Assembly: GCF_000196355.1 (NCBI RefSeq)
Contig: NC_007614.1
Coordinates: forward strand, 1,470,001-1,502,000
Direction: 5' to 3'
Origin: Nitrosospira multiformis ATCC 25196
Lineage (GTDB): Bacteria; Pseudomonadota; Gammaproteobacteria; Burkholderiales; Nitrosomonadaceae
DNA length: 32,000 nt
The notes under the pieces are model-generated. The model was not told the origin of the DNA. It ran no database searches and saw only the letters and a list, made by a program, of their open reading frames with translations. Positions 18,169 through 25,522 of this stretch are shown one piece after another. The first letter of the stretch is position 1. Every line of letters begins with the position of its first letter. Made by a program: the position numbers and the translations under genes.

Positions 18169-18194
18169 AAAAAAGGCCCAACGAATGTTGGGCC
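18169..18194 (-). terminator. Intrinsic terminator (minus strand)
   Basis: Minus strand GGCCCAAC-ATTC-GTTGGGCC followed by T6. Confidence 0.85.
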
Positions 18195-18281
18195 GGGAGG
18201 AGTTTACTGCCATCGCTTCCCTGTTTTGGGAGGGAGAAGCGAGTGGATAGCTTAACAATATAACGGAAGCTCTGCCGTTAG
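18169..18281 (-). ncRNA. sRNA-like module B (C/U-rich tracts plus terminator); 5' end undefined
   Basis: Hairpin TAACGG-CAGAGCTT-CCGTTA. Stem CGCTTCTC/GGGAAGCG presents CCUCCCAAAACA in its loop. AAACTCCTCCC runs directly into the terminator. No credible ORF is present. Confidence 0.35.
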
Positions 18282-18891
18282 ATACTTAACATATGGGGAG
18301 AGAAGGGGTATTTCCTGCAATTTGGATAGTTGAAGCCATCAATACCATTACGGGCGGAAACAAATACGTGCCTGGAATCTTGAGCCACTGCTGATCAGAT
18401 TGATTATCTCTTGGGCCAGGCAACAGGCGGTGGGCCGGGAGGCGAGCAAGCTGAATCAGACTATCAGCGTCATGGGGAGCGGTGAAGATTTGCCGCCTCA
18501 CAAGGTTCCTTTGATGGGCAGGTTCTACGGCAATTCTGCCAGTTCTTCAAGTCAAGCAATGCCTTCTACAATGAAACGCCTCAATGAGATCGAGGCAGAG
18601 ATAAAAGGGTACCGGAAGGACCGTCTGCCGATCGATGAATTCAACGCCGAAAACCCGAATGTCTGCCAATAGTGCGCTTGCGATTCGTGTTGAGTCGGAG
18701 GAGAGGTCAGCCTATGAGATGATGCTGCAGCTGTGGCGAATGGATACAACTATAAGCAAATCAATAAGCGAGACGGTATGTTAAAATGCTTTTCGCATTG
18801 ATTTTGCTGTACCGTCTTTTGTACCGTCCATGCAGTAAAAAATTGGTACAACGTAGAATAGACTGACGTATTTTATTCAATAAAATCAATT

Positions 18892-18980
18892 GCCCGGATG
18901 GTGAAATTGGTAGACACAAGGGACTTAAAATCCCTCGGGCTTAACCGCCCGTGCCGGTTCGATTCCGGCTCCGGGCACCA
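18892..18980 (+). tRNA. tRNA-Leu (anticodon UAA), CCA encoded
   Basis: Acceptor GCCCGGA/TCCGGGC. D arm GTG-AAATTGGTAGA-CAC. Anticodon arm AGGGA-CTTAAAA-TCCCT. Long variable arm CGGGC-TTAACC-GCCCG. T arm GCCGG-TTCGATT-CCGGC, then A-CCA. Confidence 0.95.
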
Positions 18981-18985
18981 ATAAA

Positions 18986-19016
18986 ACAAGGGCTTGCAGC
19001 AACGCAAGCCCCTTGT
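18986..19016 (+). terminator. Hairpin downstream of tRNA-Leu
   Basis: ACAAGGGCTTGC-AGCAAC-GCAAGCCCCTTGT, a 12-bp stem with one bulge, followed by TAAGTTTC. Confidence 0.5.
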
Positions 19017-19079
19017 TAAGTTTCAGCGTAATTGGGTCGTGTAAGAGCGGGTGTAAGCAGTCCGCCTTTTGCTGGGGTT

Positions 19080-19949
19080 TTACCCCATTTCTCCGGACGG
19101 TTTGGTTAAGCCTAAATCCTGCTTCTGACGCATTTCCAGCTGTCGCCGTTTTCGCGGATTATGGAATCGCTCGATATAGTCGAAGATATCTGTGCGCGCC
19201 TCAGCCCGGGTTCGATACTGGCGACGATATACTCGCTCCCGCTTGAGCAAGCCAAAGAAGCTCTCTGCTAGCGCGTTGTCGGCACAACTACCGACAGCGC
19301 TCATGCTGCAAATCAGATTGTGTCCTTGCAGGAAGCGTTGATACTCGTCACTGGTAAACTGACAGCCGCGATCTGAGTGCAGGATGACGGGAGTTTTTGC
19401 CTCACGCTGCCAAAGCGCCATGAGTACGGCCTGCAGCACCAGTTGCGGATCCTGGCAGTGGCTCATTGACCAGCCGACCACGATGCCCGAGTACAGGTCC
19501 ACGACCACGCACAGATAAAGCCAGCTTTCCTGAGTGCGCACATAGGTTATGTCCGTCACCCACCGGCTGTTGGGCTCACTTGCTGTAAAGTCCCGCTGCA
19601 AGTGATTGTGCACATTCTCCGGTCGAAGGCCACAGACCTTCTTGTGCCAGCGTTTACGCTGCGGGATGCCATACAACCTCTGCTGGCGCATCAGCCGTGC
19701 TATGCGGTTCAACCCACACGCCTCGCCTTCATAACGCAACTCCTTCCAGACTCGAGGACTGCCCATCACCCCATCGCTGCCATCATGAATCTTCCTGATG
19801 CGCTCCAGCAAACGCCGGTCATCATGCGCTCTCTGACTCAAGGGGCGATCTCGCCAATCATAGTAGCCGCTGGTTGATACATGCAGACAACGACACATCA
19901 GGCGAATGGGGAAGGCATCGCGGCAGCGTTCGATCATGCGATATCTCAT
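19080..19949 (-). CDS. IS3-family transposase OrfB (DDE integrase core)
   Basis: DDE residues sit in WVTDITYV, HSDRGCQFTS and ADNALAESFF. It is in the -1 frame relative to OrfA. Confidence 0.92.
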   Translation of the reverse strand: MRYRMIERCRDAFPIRLMCRCLHVSTSGYYDWRDRPLSQRAHDDRRLLERIRKIHDGSDGVMGSPRVWKELRYEGEACGLNRIARLMRQQRLYGIPQRKRWHKKVCGLRPENVHNHLQRDFTASEPNSRWVTDITYVRTQESWLYLCVVVDLYSGIVVGWSMSHCQDPQLVLQAVLMALWQREAKTPVILHSDRGCQFTSDEYQRFLQGHNLICSMSAVGSCADNALAESFFGLLKRERVYRRQYRTRAEARTDIFDYIERFHNPRKRRQLEMRQKQDLGLTKPSGEMG

Positions 19950-20233
19950 TTCGACGCTTTCGCGAATAACGCCGCCGCTTCTTTTAAAAAATCACGCTCC
20001 TTCCTAACTTGGATCAGCTCACGTTTGAGCGCAGCCATCTCCTCATCACGGGGCCTGCCCTGACCCTGAAAGGCTTTATTACCGACCGAGCCCATTTCCC
20101 GGCACCACCGGCTCAGCATATTGGGATCAATCCCCAGATCACGCGCGATCCGGCTTGCCGGCACATTGCCAGACCGAACTAGTTGTACCGCTTCCTGCTT
20201 GAACTCCGCTGCATATTTCCTTCGCGTTGCCAT
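19946..20233 (-). CDS. IS3-family transposase OrfA (HTH)
   Basis: MATRRKYAAEFKQEAVQLV...IARDLGIDPNMLSRW, followed by a leucine-zipper region. The slippery heptamer T-TTT-TTA (plus coordinates 19985-19991) is in the zero frame GAT TTT TTA. Confidence 0.9.
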   Translation of the reverse strand: MATRRKYAAEFKQEAVQLVRSGNVPASRIARDLGIDPNMLSRWCREMGSVGNKAFQGQGRPRDEEMAALKRELIQVRKERDFLKEAAALFAKASK

Positions 20234-20296
20234 GACACACCTCCTGACTCATTATCAGCCTTTTTAGATGTGTCCGTGAAATCGGGGGAAAACCCT

Positions 20297-20510
20297 GCTC
20301 TTCTTAACCGCAAACTGGAAGGAATGGGCAAGCCTGCTGTCAATCACAAGCGGGTCTATCGCATCATGCGTCAGAACGGGCTGTTGCTGGCCCGATATAC
20401 GGGCAAACAGCGCGTGCTGTCTCATGAAGGCAAGGTCATTACCTTGTGTTCCAATTTGCGCTGGTGCTCGGATGGCTTTGAGATTCCCTGCTTGAATGGG
20501 CAGGTGATGG
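20297..20510 (+). pseudogene. Fragment of an IS2-group (IS3 family) transposase OrfB
   Basis: ALLNRKLEGMGKPAVNHKRVYRIMRQNGLLLARYTGKQRVLSHEGKVITLCSNLRWCSDGFEIPCLNGQV matches the InsD region ...INAKRVYRIMRQNALLL...NQRWCSDGFEFCCDNGE. The catalytic core is absent. The fragment is bounded by the IS3 element on the left, and homology is lost about 90 bp before the IS5-type element. Confidence 0.75.
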
Positions 20511-20614
20511 GCCGGAGAGCGGATAGGTCTGCATGTTCCCGTTGCAAATTTTATAGAGCGTCATTGATGTGCTCCCCATAAAACGTGCCATCTGGAATCT
20601 AGGCTCAGGACTCA

Positions 20615-20989
20615 TTAATTGAGATAGAAGATGACAGTTGCGGCGATACAGATGGCAGAGAAGAAGGTATGGGCACAGCGGTCGTAACGCATGGCGATCC
20701 TGCGCCAGTCCTTGAGCCGAGCGAACATGTTCTCGATCCTGTGCCTTTGCCTGTAGAGGGTCTTGTCGTATTTGATCTGGATTTTGCGATTCCTTTTTGT
20801 CGGTATGCAGGGCGTCATGCCTTTGGCACGCAACGCTGCCCGGAACCAGGCAGCGTCATAGCCGCGGTCTGCAATCAGGGTTTTGGCTTTGGGCAATGAC
20901 GGCAGCAGCACACGTGCTCCCTTGTAATCGCTCATCTGCCCTTCGGACAGGAGCATGGCCACAGGCTTGCCCTGACCGTCGCAGACCAC
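20615..20989 (-). CDS. IS5/IS427-type transposase, C-terminal DDE ORF (expressed as a -1 frameshift fusion)
   Basis: After a -1 slip the read-through gives ...KKGDVPRRIGRTKGGLNSKLHVVCDGQGKPVAMLLSEGQ...ADRGYD...RHRIENMFARLKDWRRIAMRYD, a typical DDE_Tnp_1 arrangement. Confidence 0.9.
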   Translation of the reverse strand: MVCDGQGKPVAMLLSEGQMSDYKGARVLLPSLPKAKTLIADRGYDAAWFRAALRAKGMTPCIPTKRNRKIQIKYDKTLYRQRHRIENMFARLKDWRRIAMRYDRCAHTFFSAICIAATVIFYLN

Positions 20990-21003
20990 ATGAAGCTTCG
21001 AGT

Positions 21004-21372
21004 TCAGGCCGCCCTTTGTGCGACCGATACGGCGGGGAACATCCCCTTTTTTAGCAGGCTGGCTGCCGTGCGGTGGGCCTTCAGATGCGTGGCGTCGATC
21101 ATCAGCCTCTCGGGCGTTTCCTCTTTACCGGTCAGTTCCACAAAGATGCGGTTGAACACGCCCAGTCGGCTCCAGCGCACGAAACGGTTATACAGTGTCT
21201 TGTGCGGCCCGTATTCCCTGGGGGCATCCTTCCATTGCAGGCCATTCCGAATGACGTAGATGATCCCGCTGATCACCCGCAGATCATCAACACGGGGAAC
21301 TCCGTGGGACAAGGGAAAATAAGGTTTTATACGGTTGAACTGTGTTTCCGACAGGTAAAACAAATCTCTCAT
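21004..21372 (-). CDS. IS5/IS427-type transposase, N-terminal ORF
   Basis: MRDLFYLSETQFNRIKPYFP...ISGIIYVIRNGLQWKDAP...YNRFVRWSRLGVF. The slippery A-AAA-AAG lies at plus coordinates 21046-21052 (CTA AAA AAG GGG). Confidence 0.9.
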   Translation of the reverse strand: MRDLFYLSETQFNRIKPYFPLSHGVPRVDDLRVISGIIYVIRNGLQWKDAPREYGPHKTLYNRFVRWSRLGVFNRIFVELTGKEETPERLMIDATHLKAHRTAASLLKKGMFPAVSVAQRAA

Positions 21373-21477
21373 GGCAGCACCTCCGCCATAAGTGAATCAC
21401 ATTTGATCCTATTCGTGAATCATGAAATTAATAGGTCCTGAACCTAGTAAAGTTCGTTTTTCGAGAGGAGAACGGAC

Positions 21478-21741
21478 GTGAAGAAGCGATTTACGGATGA
21501 ACAAATTATTGGATTTCTGAAGCAGGCAGATGGAGGCATTCCGGTCAGGGAATTGTGCCGCCAGCATGGTTTTTCCGATGCGTCGTTTTACACCTGGCGT
21601 GCCAGGTTTGGTGGGATGACAGTATCGGATGCCAGGCGGTTGCGAGATCTTGAAGCAGAGAATGCTCAGCTCAAGAAGCTTTTAGCCGAGTCGCTTCTTG
21701 ATGCTCAAGCCTTGAAGGTTGCTTTGGGCCGAAAGCATTAA
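21478..21741 (+). CDS. IS3-family transposase OrfA (HTH)
   Basis: GTG start. MKKRFTDEQIIGFLKQADGGIPVRELCRQHGFSDASFYTWRARFGG..., followed by a coiled coil. Confidence 0.9.
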   Translation: MKKRFTDEQIIGFLKQADGGIPVRELCRQHGFSDASFYTWRARFGGMTVSDARRLRDLEAENAQLKKLLAESLLDAQALKVALGRKH

Positions 21742-21767
21742 CTCCACAGGCCAGGCGTGAGGCAGTA

Positions 21768-22598
21768 ATGGCGATGCTTGAGCAGACGAACGTTTCCGAA
21801 CGCCGTGCCTGCCTGCTTGTGGATATATCACGTACGGTATTGCACTACATGCCCAAGGTGCGGCTGGAGAATGAGCAACTGCAAGGTCGAATGGTTGAGT
21901 TGGCCTCTGAACGCCGTCGTTTTGGTTATCGACGCATTCATGCCCTGCTGCGGCGTGAGGGTGTTGAAGCCAATCACAAACGCATCTTTCGCCTTTACCA
22001 GGCTGCCGGGTTGGCAGTAAAGCGCCGACGCAGGCGAGGGGGCGTAGCAGTTGAACGTGAGCAATTGGCATTGCCAAGCCAGCCCAACGAGGTATGGTCA
22101 ATGGATTTCATCTGTGATGCACTGGCGAATGGCAGACGCATCAAGGTATTGACCATCGTTGATGACTTCACCAAGGAATCCATTGATCTGGTAGCTGAAC
22201 ATGGCATTTCGGGACAACATGTCGTGCGCGTATTGGAGCAAGCTTCACAGTTTCGTGGGTTGCCCTTGGCCATTCGCACCGATCAGGGACCGGAGTTCAC
22301 CAGCAAGGCACTGGATCAGTGGGCTTATAAGCATGGTGTCCAGCTCAAATTGATTGAGGCGGGCAAGCCGACGCAAAATGCATATATTGAGAGCTTCAAC
22401 GGTCGGTTTCGGGATGAGTGCCTGAACGATCACTGGTTTACCAGCCTGGCTGAGGCACGGATTCGGATATCAGCCTGGCGGCGCGACTACAACGAGCATC
22501 GACCGCACAGTGCACTAAATTACCTAACCCCGGCAGAATTTGCAGCCAACTGCCGCAGGCAAGAAGAAATAAACGGCTGTGAAAGAAATGGAAGCTAA
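21768..22598 (+). CDS. IS3-family transposase OrfB (DDE)
   Basis: SERRAC motif. DDE residues sit in EVWSMDFI, RTDQGPEFTS and QNAYIESFNGRFRDE. The -1 frame is open from 21702. Confidence 0.92.
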   Translation: MAMLEQTNVSERRACLLVDISRTVLHYMPKVRLENEQLQGRMVELASERRRFGYRRIHALLRREGVEANHKRIFRLYQAAGLAVKRRRRRGGVAVEREQLALPSQPNEVWSMDFICDALANGRRIKVLTIVDDFTKESIDLVAEHGISGQHVVRVLEQASQFRGLPLAIRTDQGPEFTSKALDQWAYKHGVQLKLIEAGKPTQNAYIESFNGRFRDECLNDHWFTSLAEARIRISAWRRDYNEHRPHSALNYLTPAEFAANCRRQEEINGCERNGS

Positions 22599-22856
22599 TT
22601 TATAACTGAACTTTGCTAGAACGCCCCTGGCACTACTACCGGGGGCACATCATCATCTTTATGTTGCTGAACTGCACTTCGTTGTAAGTCTTGTTTTCCT
22701 TCAAGGAGAACTGCTCAGGGCGGGATTCTCCATTTCGCGTTGATTCTTTAAAGGCGTCGACTATAGTAAAACTTGGTACGGAACATTATCGTAGACGGGT
22801 TAATCTTTTTGGTACCAAATCGATTTTTTATTCGCCTGAACGGATAGAGGAGAAAA

Positions 22857-23162
22857 ATGAAAACAAGAAGGTTAATTCAAACTACACAATTGGTAAGCCT
22901 TTTCGGGCTTTCCGCTATGTTGTCAATAGCTGCAGCTGATCCACCTGTAGCACATCAATCTAAAACCCAGAATATTCCCGGTGTGATAGGGCCCCCAACA
23001 CCACTCTCAACAGGCACACCCAAACAACCTCCTCCTAAAATTCTTCATTGCGCCCAAGATTGCGATGCTTGTACGAGGGAAGGCCTTCGTTGCACAAGCA
23101 GCCTTGAGTGTATGAAGAAATATCCGGCCAACCCGATCCTGTGCTTGGTTCCGCAGAGATGA
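22857..23162 (+). CDS. Small secreted Pro- and Cys-rich protein (hypothetical)
   Basis: GAGGAG RBS. Signal peptide (LVSLFGLSAMLSIAAA). The mature part has a Pro-rich linker and six Cys (C-x3-C-x2-C-x6-C-x5-C...C). Confidence 0.5.
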   Translation: MKTRRLIQTTQLVSLFGLSAMLSIAAADPPVAHQSKTQNIPGVIGPPTPLSTGTPKQPPPKILHCAQDCDACTREGLRCTSSLECMKKYPANPILCLVPQR

Positions 23163-23435
23163 TCTCCTATCACGAACGAGAAATCGCGGAACTGAGCGTT
23201 GACCGTGAATCCTGGCAGTGTCAGGATGAGCAAATTCATATCTCCGAGGCATCGATTAATTGGCCTCATGGGAACCCGGACGCGTTGCAAGACGCACCAA
23301 CTCCATAAATGCGGGCAGGGTGGAGGCAGACGTGAGGGCATTCCGACAAATCCCGCAAATGACGGGGCCGATCTTGTATCGGAATCCAGCAAACCTGATC
23401 TCGCACGTTTCGTCTGCAACTGAGGGTGCAGACTT

Positions 23436-23746
23436 GTTGTGCCTGAAATCCCGGGGTGCGACAAGCGCTACATCACTCCACAGTCCAATGCCCTTGAGAC
23501 TGGCTGCCTTTTGGCCCTCCGCATAGAGGCGCGCTCAGCCAGTTGCTGGTCCTTGTCATACCGTTTGTAATGCCATGCCCGTCCTGCCTTGATCTGCTCA
23601 AGGTTGATGTCCTGGCCATCCAGCAGCACTTTTCCCAGAACACGCTGATAGCGGTTTTGCTTGGACCACTCCACGCTCTGGGTATTGTGATTCTGCTGGC
23701 CAACAAGATTCTTATGAGAACCACAGGACGGGAGAGGTAGTACCAT
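23436..23746 (-). pseudogene. Decayed staphylococcal-nuclease-like (SNase/thermonuclease) gene: 5'-truncated and frameshifted
   Basis: NRYQRVLGKVLLDGQDINLEQIKAGRAWHYKRY matches the DKYGR-L-V...G-vN-lV-G-A core. The expected C-terminal ...KGIGLWSDVALVAPRDFRH is in another frame. The N-terminal catalytic part (IDGDT...DAPE) is missing. Confidence 0.55.
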
Positions 23747-23824
23747 GGTACAAATGACTAAATAGCCGAGACTCCTATAATTCGCGGAGCGAGAAATGTC
23801 CTCGCTTCATAAAAGGAGCCTCAA

Positions 23825-24292
23825 GTGCTTTGGATTTTTATCGGCATTATTGCTATTGTTCCATGGTATTTCCACAACGCCTCTAGTCCGTTCAAAAGGC
23901 TTCCTCGAAAAAAGCCAATACCGAATAATGTCTATGAATGGCCGGACAATGGCGATGAGTGCGATATTGTCGGAGAGTCGTATTATCAAGATGCGATAAA
24001 GCTTCTGGCGGGCTTAGACGAGGAAAACATTGGAAGCAAAAAATTTAAGGCCTTCCTTATTCCTGAGGATAATAACCCTTATGACAATAAAGCCGTGCGG
24101 GTCGATATAGACGGAATGACGGTGGGATATTTCGGCAGGGAAGATGCGCGCAGCTTCAGGCGCAGGCTAGGAGCCAATAAATTATCTGGGCAGATTACTG
24201 CCTGCAATGCTGTTGTTATAGGTGGGCGTGGACCAAGGGGCGAGCAATGGCATTACGATATCTGTCTCAACATTAAAGAATTTGATTGGTAG
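23825..24292 (+). CDS. HIRAN-domain protein with an N-terminal transmembrane helix
   Basis: AAGGAG lies 6 nt before the GTG. The TM is LWIFIGIIAIVPWYF. The HIRAN-type core is CDIVGESYYQDAI...AFLIPEDNNPYDNKAVRVDIDGMTVGYFGREDA. Confidence 0.7.
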   Translation: MLWIFIGIIAIVPWYFHNASSPFKRLPRKKPIPNNVYEWPDNGDECDIVGESYYQDAIKLLAGLDEENIGSKKFKAFLIPEDNNPYDNKAVRVDIDGMTVGYFGREDARSFRRRLGANKLSGQITACNAVVIGGRGPRGEQWHYDICLNIKEFDW

Positions 24293-24658
24293 CTTGAACC
24301 TCTCCTCCCTCACTCATATGGTGGGGCAGCTAAACCAGATCCAGCGATACACAGAAGACCTGCACGAGATAGAGAATGTGGGGCTTTAAAGGTTAGGGTC
24401 GAGGTGATACGAGTTATTGCGTTTACCCTGAGCAAAATTTAAGGAAACGGATACGGGAGCTTGAGGAGAAGTTGGAGAGGATTGGGATCCCTGATACTGC
24501 GTAAGCATAAACGGCTCCCTTGGTTTTTTATCCCCCATCAACCCGCTTCGGCGGTTTTTATTTCCATACGTTAGGTATTTGACGGTAGATTTCCTTATAG
24601 TGTTAACCTGCACATTCGTTTTTCTCTTGTCAAAGAGGGAGACGAATGCAGTATCCAT

Positions 24659-24682
24659 GCCCGGCGTTTGCCGGGCTTTTTT
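24659..24682 (+). terminator. Intrinsic terminator with no obvious upstream plus-strand gene
   Basis: GCCCGGC-GTTT-GCCGGGC followed by T6. It also lies 54 nt downstream of the minus-strand ORF 24736..25212, but the U-tract is only on the plus strand. Confidence 0.6.
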
Positions 24683-24735
24683 GTTGCCGCAATCTAAACT
24701 GGCGGCTTTTATTGCTGAAGGCTCAACAGGAAAAG

Positions 24736-25212
24736 TTATTTCCTGGAGCGGCTGGTTATGCTTTTGCTGGGAGAGGAAGGTTTGATTTCTTGATTTTCCG
24801 CTTTTTTGAGGGTGACTTCCAGAACTCTCTCATCTGGCAGATTTATTCTCATGACATATGTTGAGCCATTCCTGCGCAAGGATTGCTTAACACGAACATA
24901 AACGCCATTGAGGTCTTTCGCTAATTGGGACAGTCCGGATTTGAATTTTTCGTAATCGACAATAATTTTGTAAAGGCCCGCGAGCGAGGCGCCGATAGTA
25001 ATGGTAGTGATAACGCAACCGAGTTCGTATTCAGTTCGGATAACCCCAACGTCTTCCGCATAGGGGCTCTCCGCGAGGCGTGATAGGAATAGCTCAGAGA
25101 CTTGAGATGCCACGTATTCCGCTTCCTCAGGGGAAAGAGAGTCGCCTGAAGTGACATTTGTGCAGTAGGTAATCGCCCCAATTTCGTACAGTTCCAAGAC
25201 TTTTTCCCGCAA
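24736..25212 (-). CDS. Hypothetical protein (158 aa), no recognisable domain
   Basis: Long ORF in AT-rich cargo DNA. TTG start and no internal ATG near the N-terminus. One hydrophobic stretch, GCVITTITIGASLAGLYKIIV. Confidence 0.4.
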   Translation of the reverse strand: MREKVLELYEIGAITYCTNVTSGDSLSPEEAEYVASQVSELFLSRLAESPYAEDVGVIRTEYELGCVITTITIGASLAGLYKIIVDYEKFKSGLSQLAKDLNGVYVRVKQSLRRNGSTYVMRINLPDERVLEVTLKKAENQEIKPSSPSKSITSRSRK

Positions 25213-25294
25213 TCGGTTGTAGTTTTAAAGAAATACTTATAAAAGAAGTATAGGTGTGGGACAAAAATTTGGAGATAAATCTGTTGAGCATAAA

Positions 25295-25522
25295 TTAAAG
25301 CGCCGTCTGTTTTGGAGACTCAGAATCGCCAAATTTGTTGGCGCAGGCTTCATCAATCGCTCGTGCAGCAAGATCACTGCCAATACCCTTCATATGCTGA
25401 AGAATGCAGTCATTATAGTTAGTAGCTTCTGGTACACGATGGTTATTAGATTCCGTCTGGCGATTACAAGAAGCAATTTGAGTAAGTAATAATAAGAGGA
25501 CTATGGGAGTCAGGAATCTCAT
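25295..25522 (-). CDS. Small lipoprotein (hypothetical)
   Basis: AAGGA RBS. The signal with lipobox is LLLLLTQIAS-C. The mature part of about 55 aa has a further Cys pair. Confidence 0.5.
   Translation of the reverse strand: MRFLTPIVLLLLLTQIASCNRQTESNNHRVPEATNYNDCILQHMKGIGSDLAARAIDEACANKFGDSESPKQTAL

Larger units (their letters stand above)
19073..20295 (-). mobile_element. IS3-family insertion sequence (about 1.2 kb), apparently intact
   Basis: Imperfect terminal IRs: TGGGGTTTTACCCCATTTCTCCGGAC at the left end versus the reverse complement of the right end, GGGTTTTCCCCCGATTTCACGGAC. orfA and orfB are in a -1 frame relation. A possible 3-bp TGC direct repeat flanks it (19070-72 and 20296-98). 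Confidence 0.85.
20599..21447 (-). mobile_element. IS5-family (IS427-group-like) insertion sequence, about 0.85 kb, apparently intact
   Basis: The 23-bp IRs are CTAGGCTCAGGACTCATTAATTG at the left end versus the reverse complement of the right end, CTAGGTTCAGGACCTATTAATTT. The flanks read C-TA / TA-G, consistent with insertion into CTAG with a TA duplication. Two ORFs are joined by an A-AAA-AAG slippery site. Confidence 0.88.
21445..22620 (+). mobile_element. IS3-family (IS407-group-like) insertion sequence, about 1.2 kb; ends approximate
   Basis: Terminal similarity: CTAGTAAAGTTCGTTTTT at the left end versus the reverse complement of the right end, CTAGCAAAGTTCAGTTAT. orfA and orfB are in a -1 relation. 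The left tip abuts the IS5-type element. Confidence 0.8.

Noticed and set aside
18400-18672. 90-codon plus-strand ORF (…LPPHKVPLMGRFYGNSASSSSQ…LNEIEAEIKGYRKD…) as a gene
   Set aside because: No RBS. It overlaps the region of the conserved box, and the sequence suggests at most an internal fragment of a larger (possibly mobile-element) protein. It cannot be supported as an intact CDS.
19032-19072. Left flank of the IS3-type element as the missing upstream half of the IS2-like transposase
   Set aside because: The frame is open for only 13 codons (LGRVRAGVSSPPF) and does not resemble the expected InsD sequence. The 3-bp TGC duplication is too short to be conclusive.
22621-22660. CTACCGGGGGCACATCA as a possible att repeat of the tRNA-Leu 3' end (CTCCGGGCACCAATA)
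   Set aside because: Only about 8 scattered matches, which is indistinguishable from chance. No convincing direct repeat of the tRNA end was found by eye anywhere in 19-26 kb.
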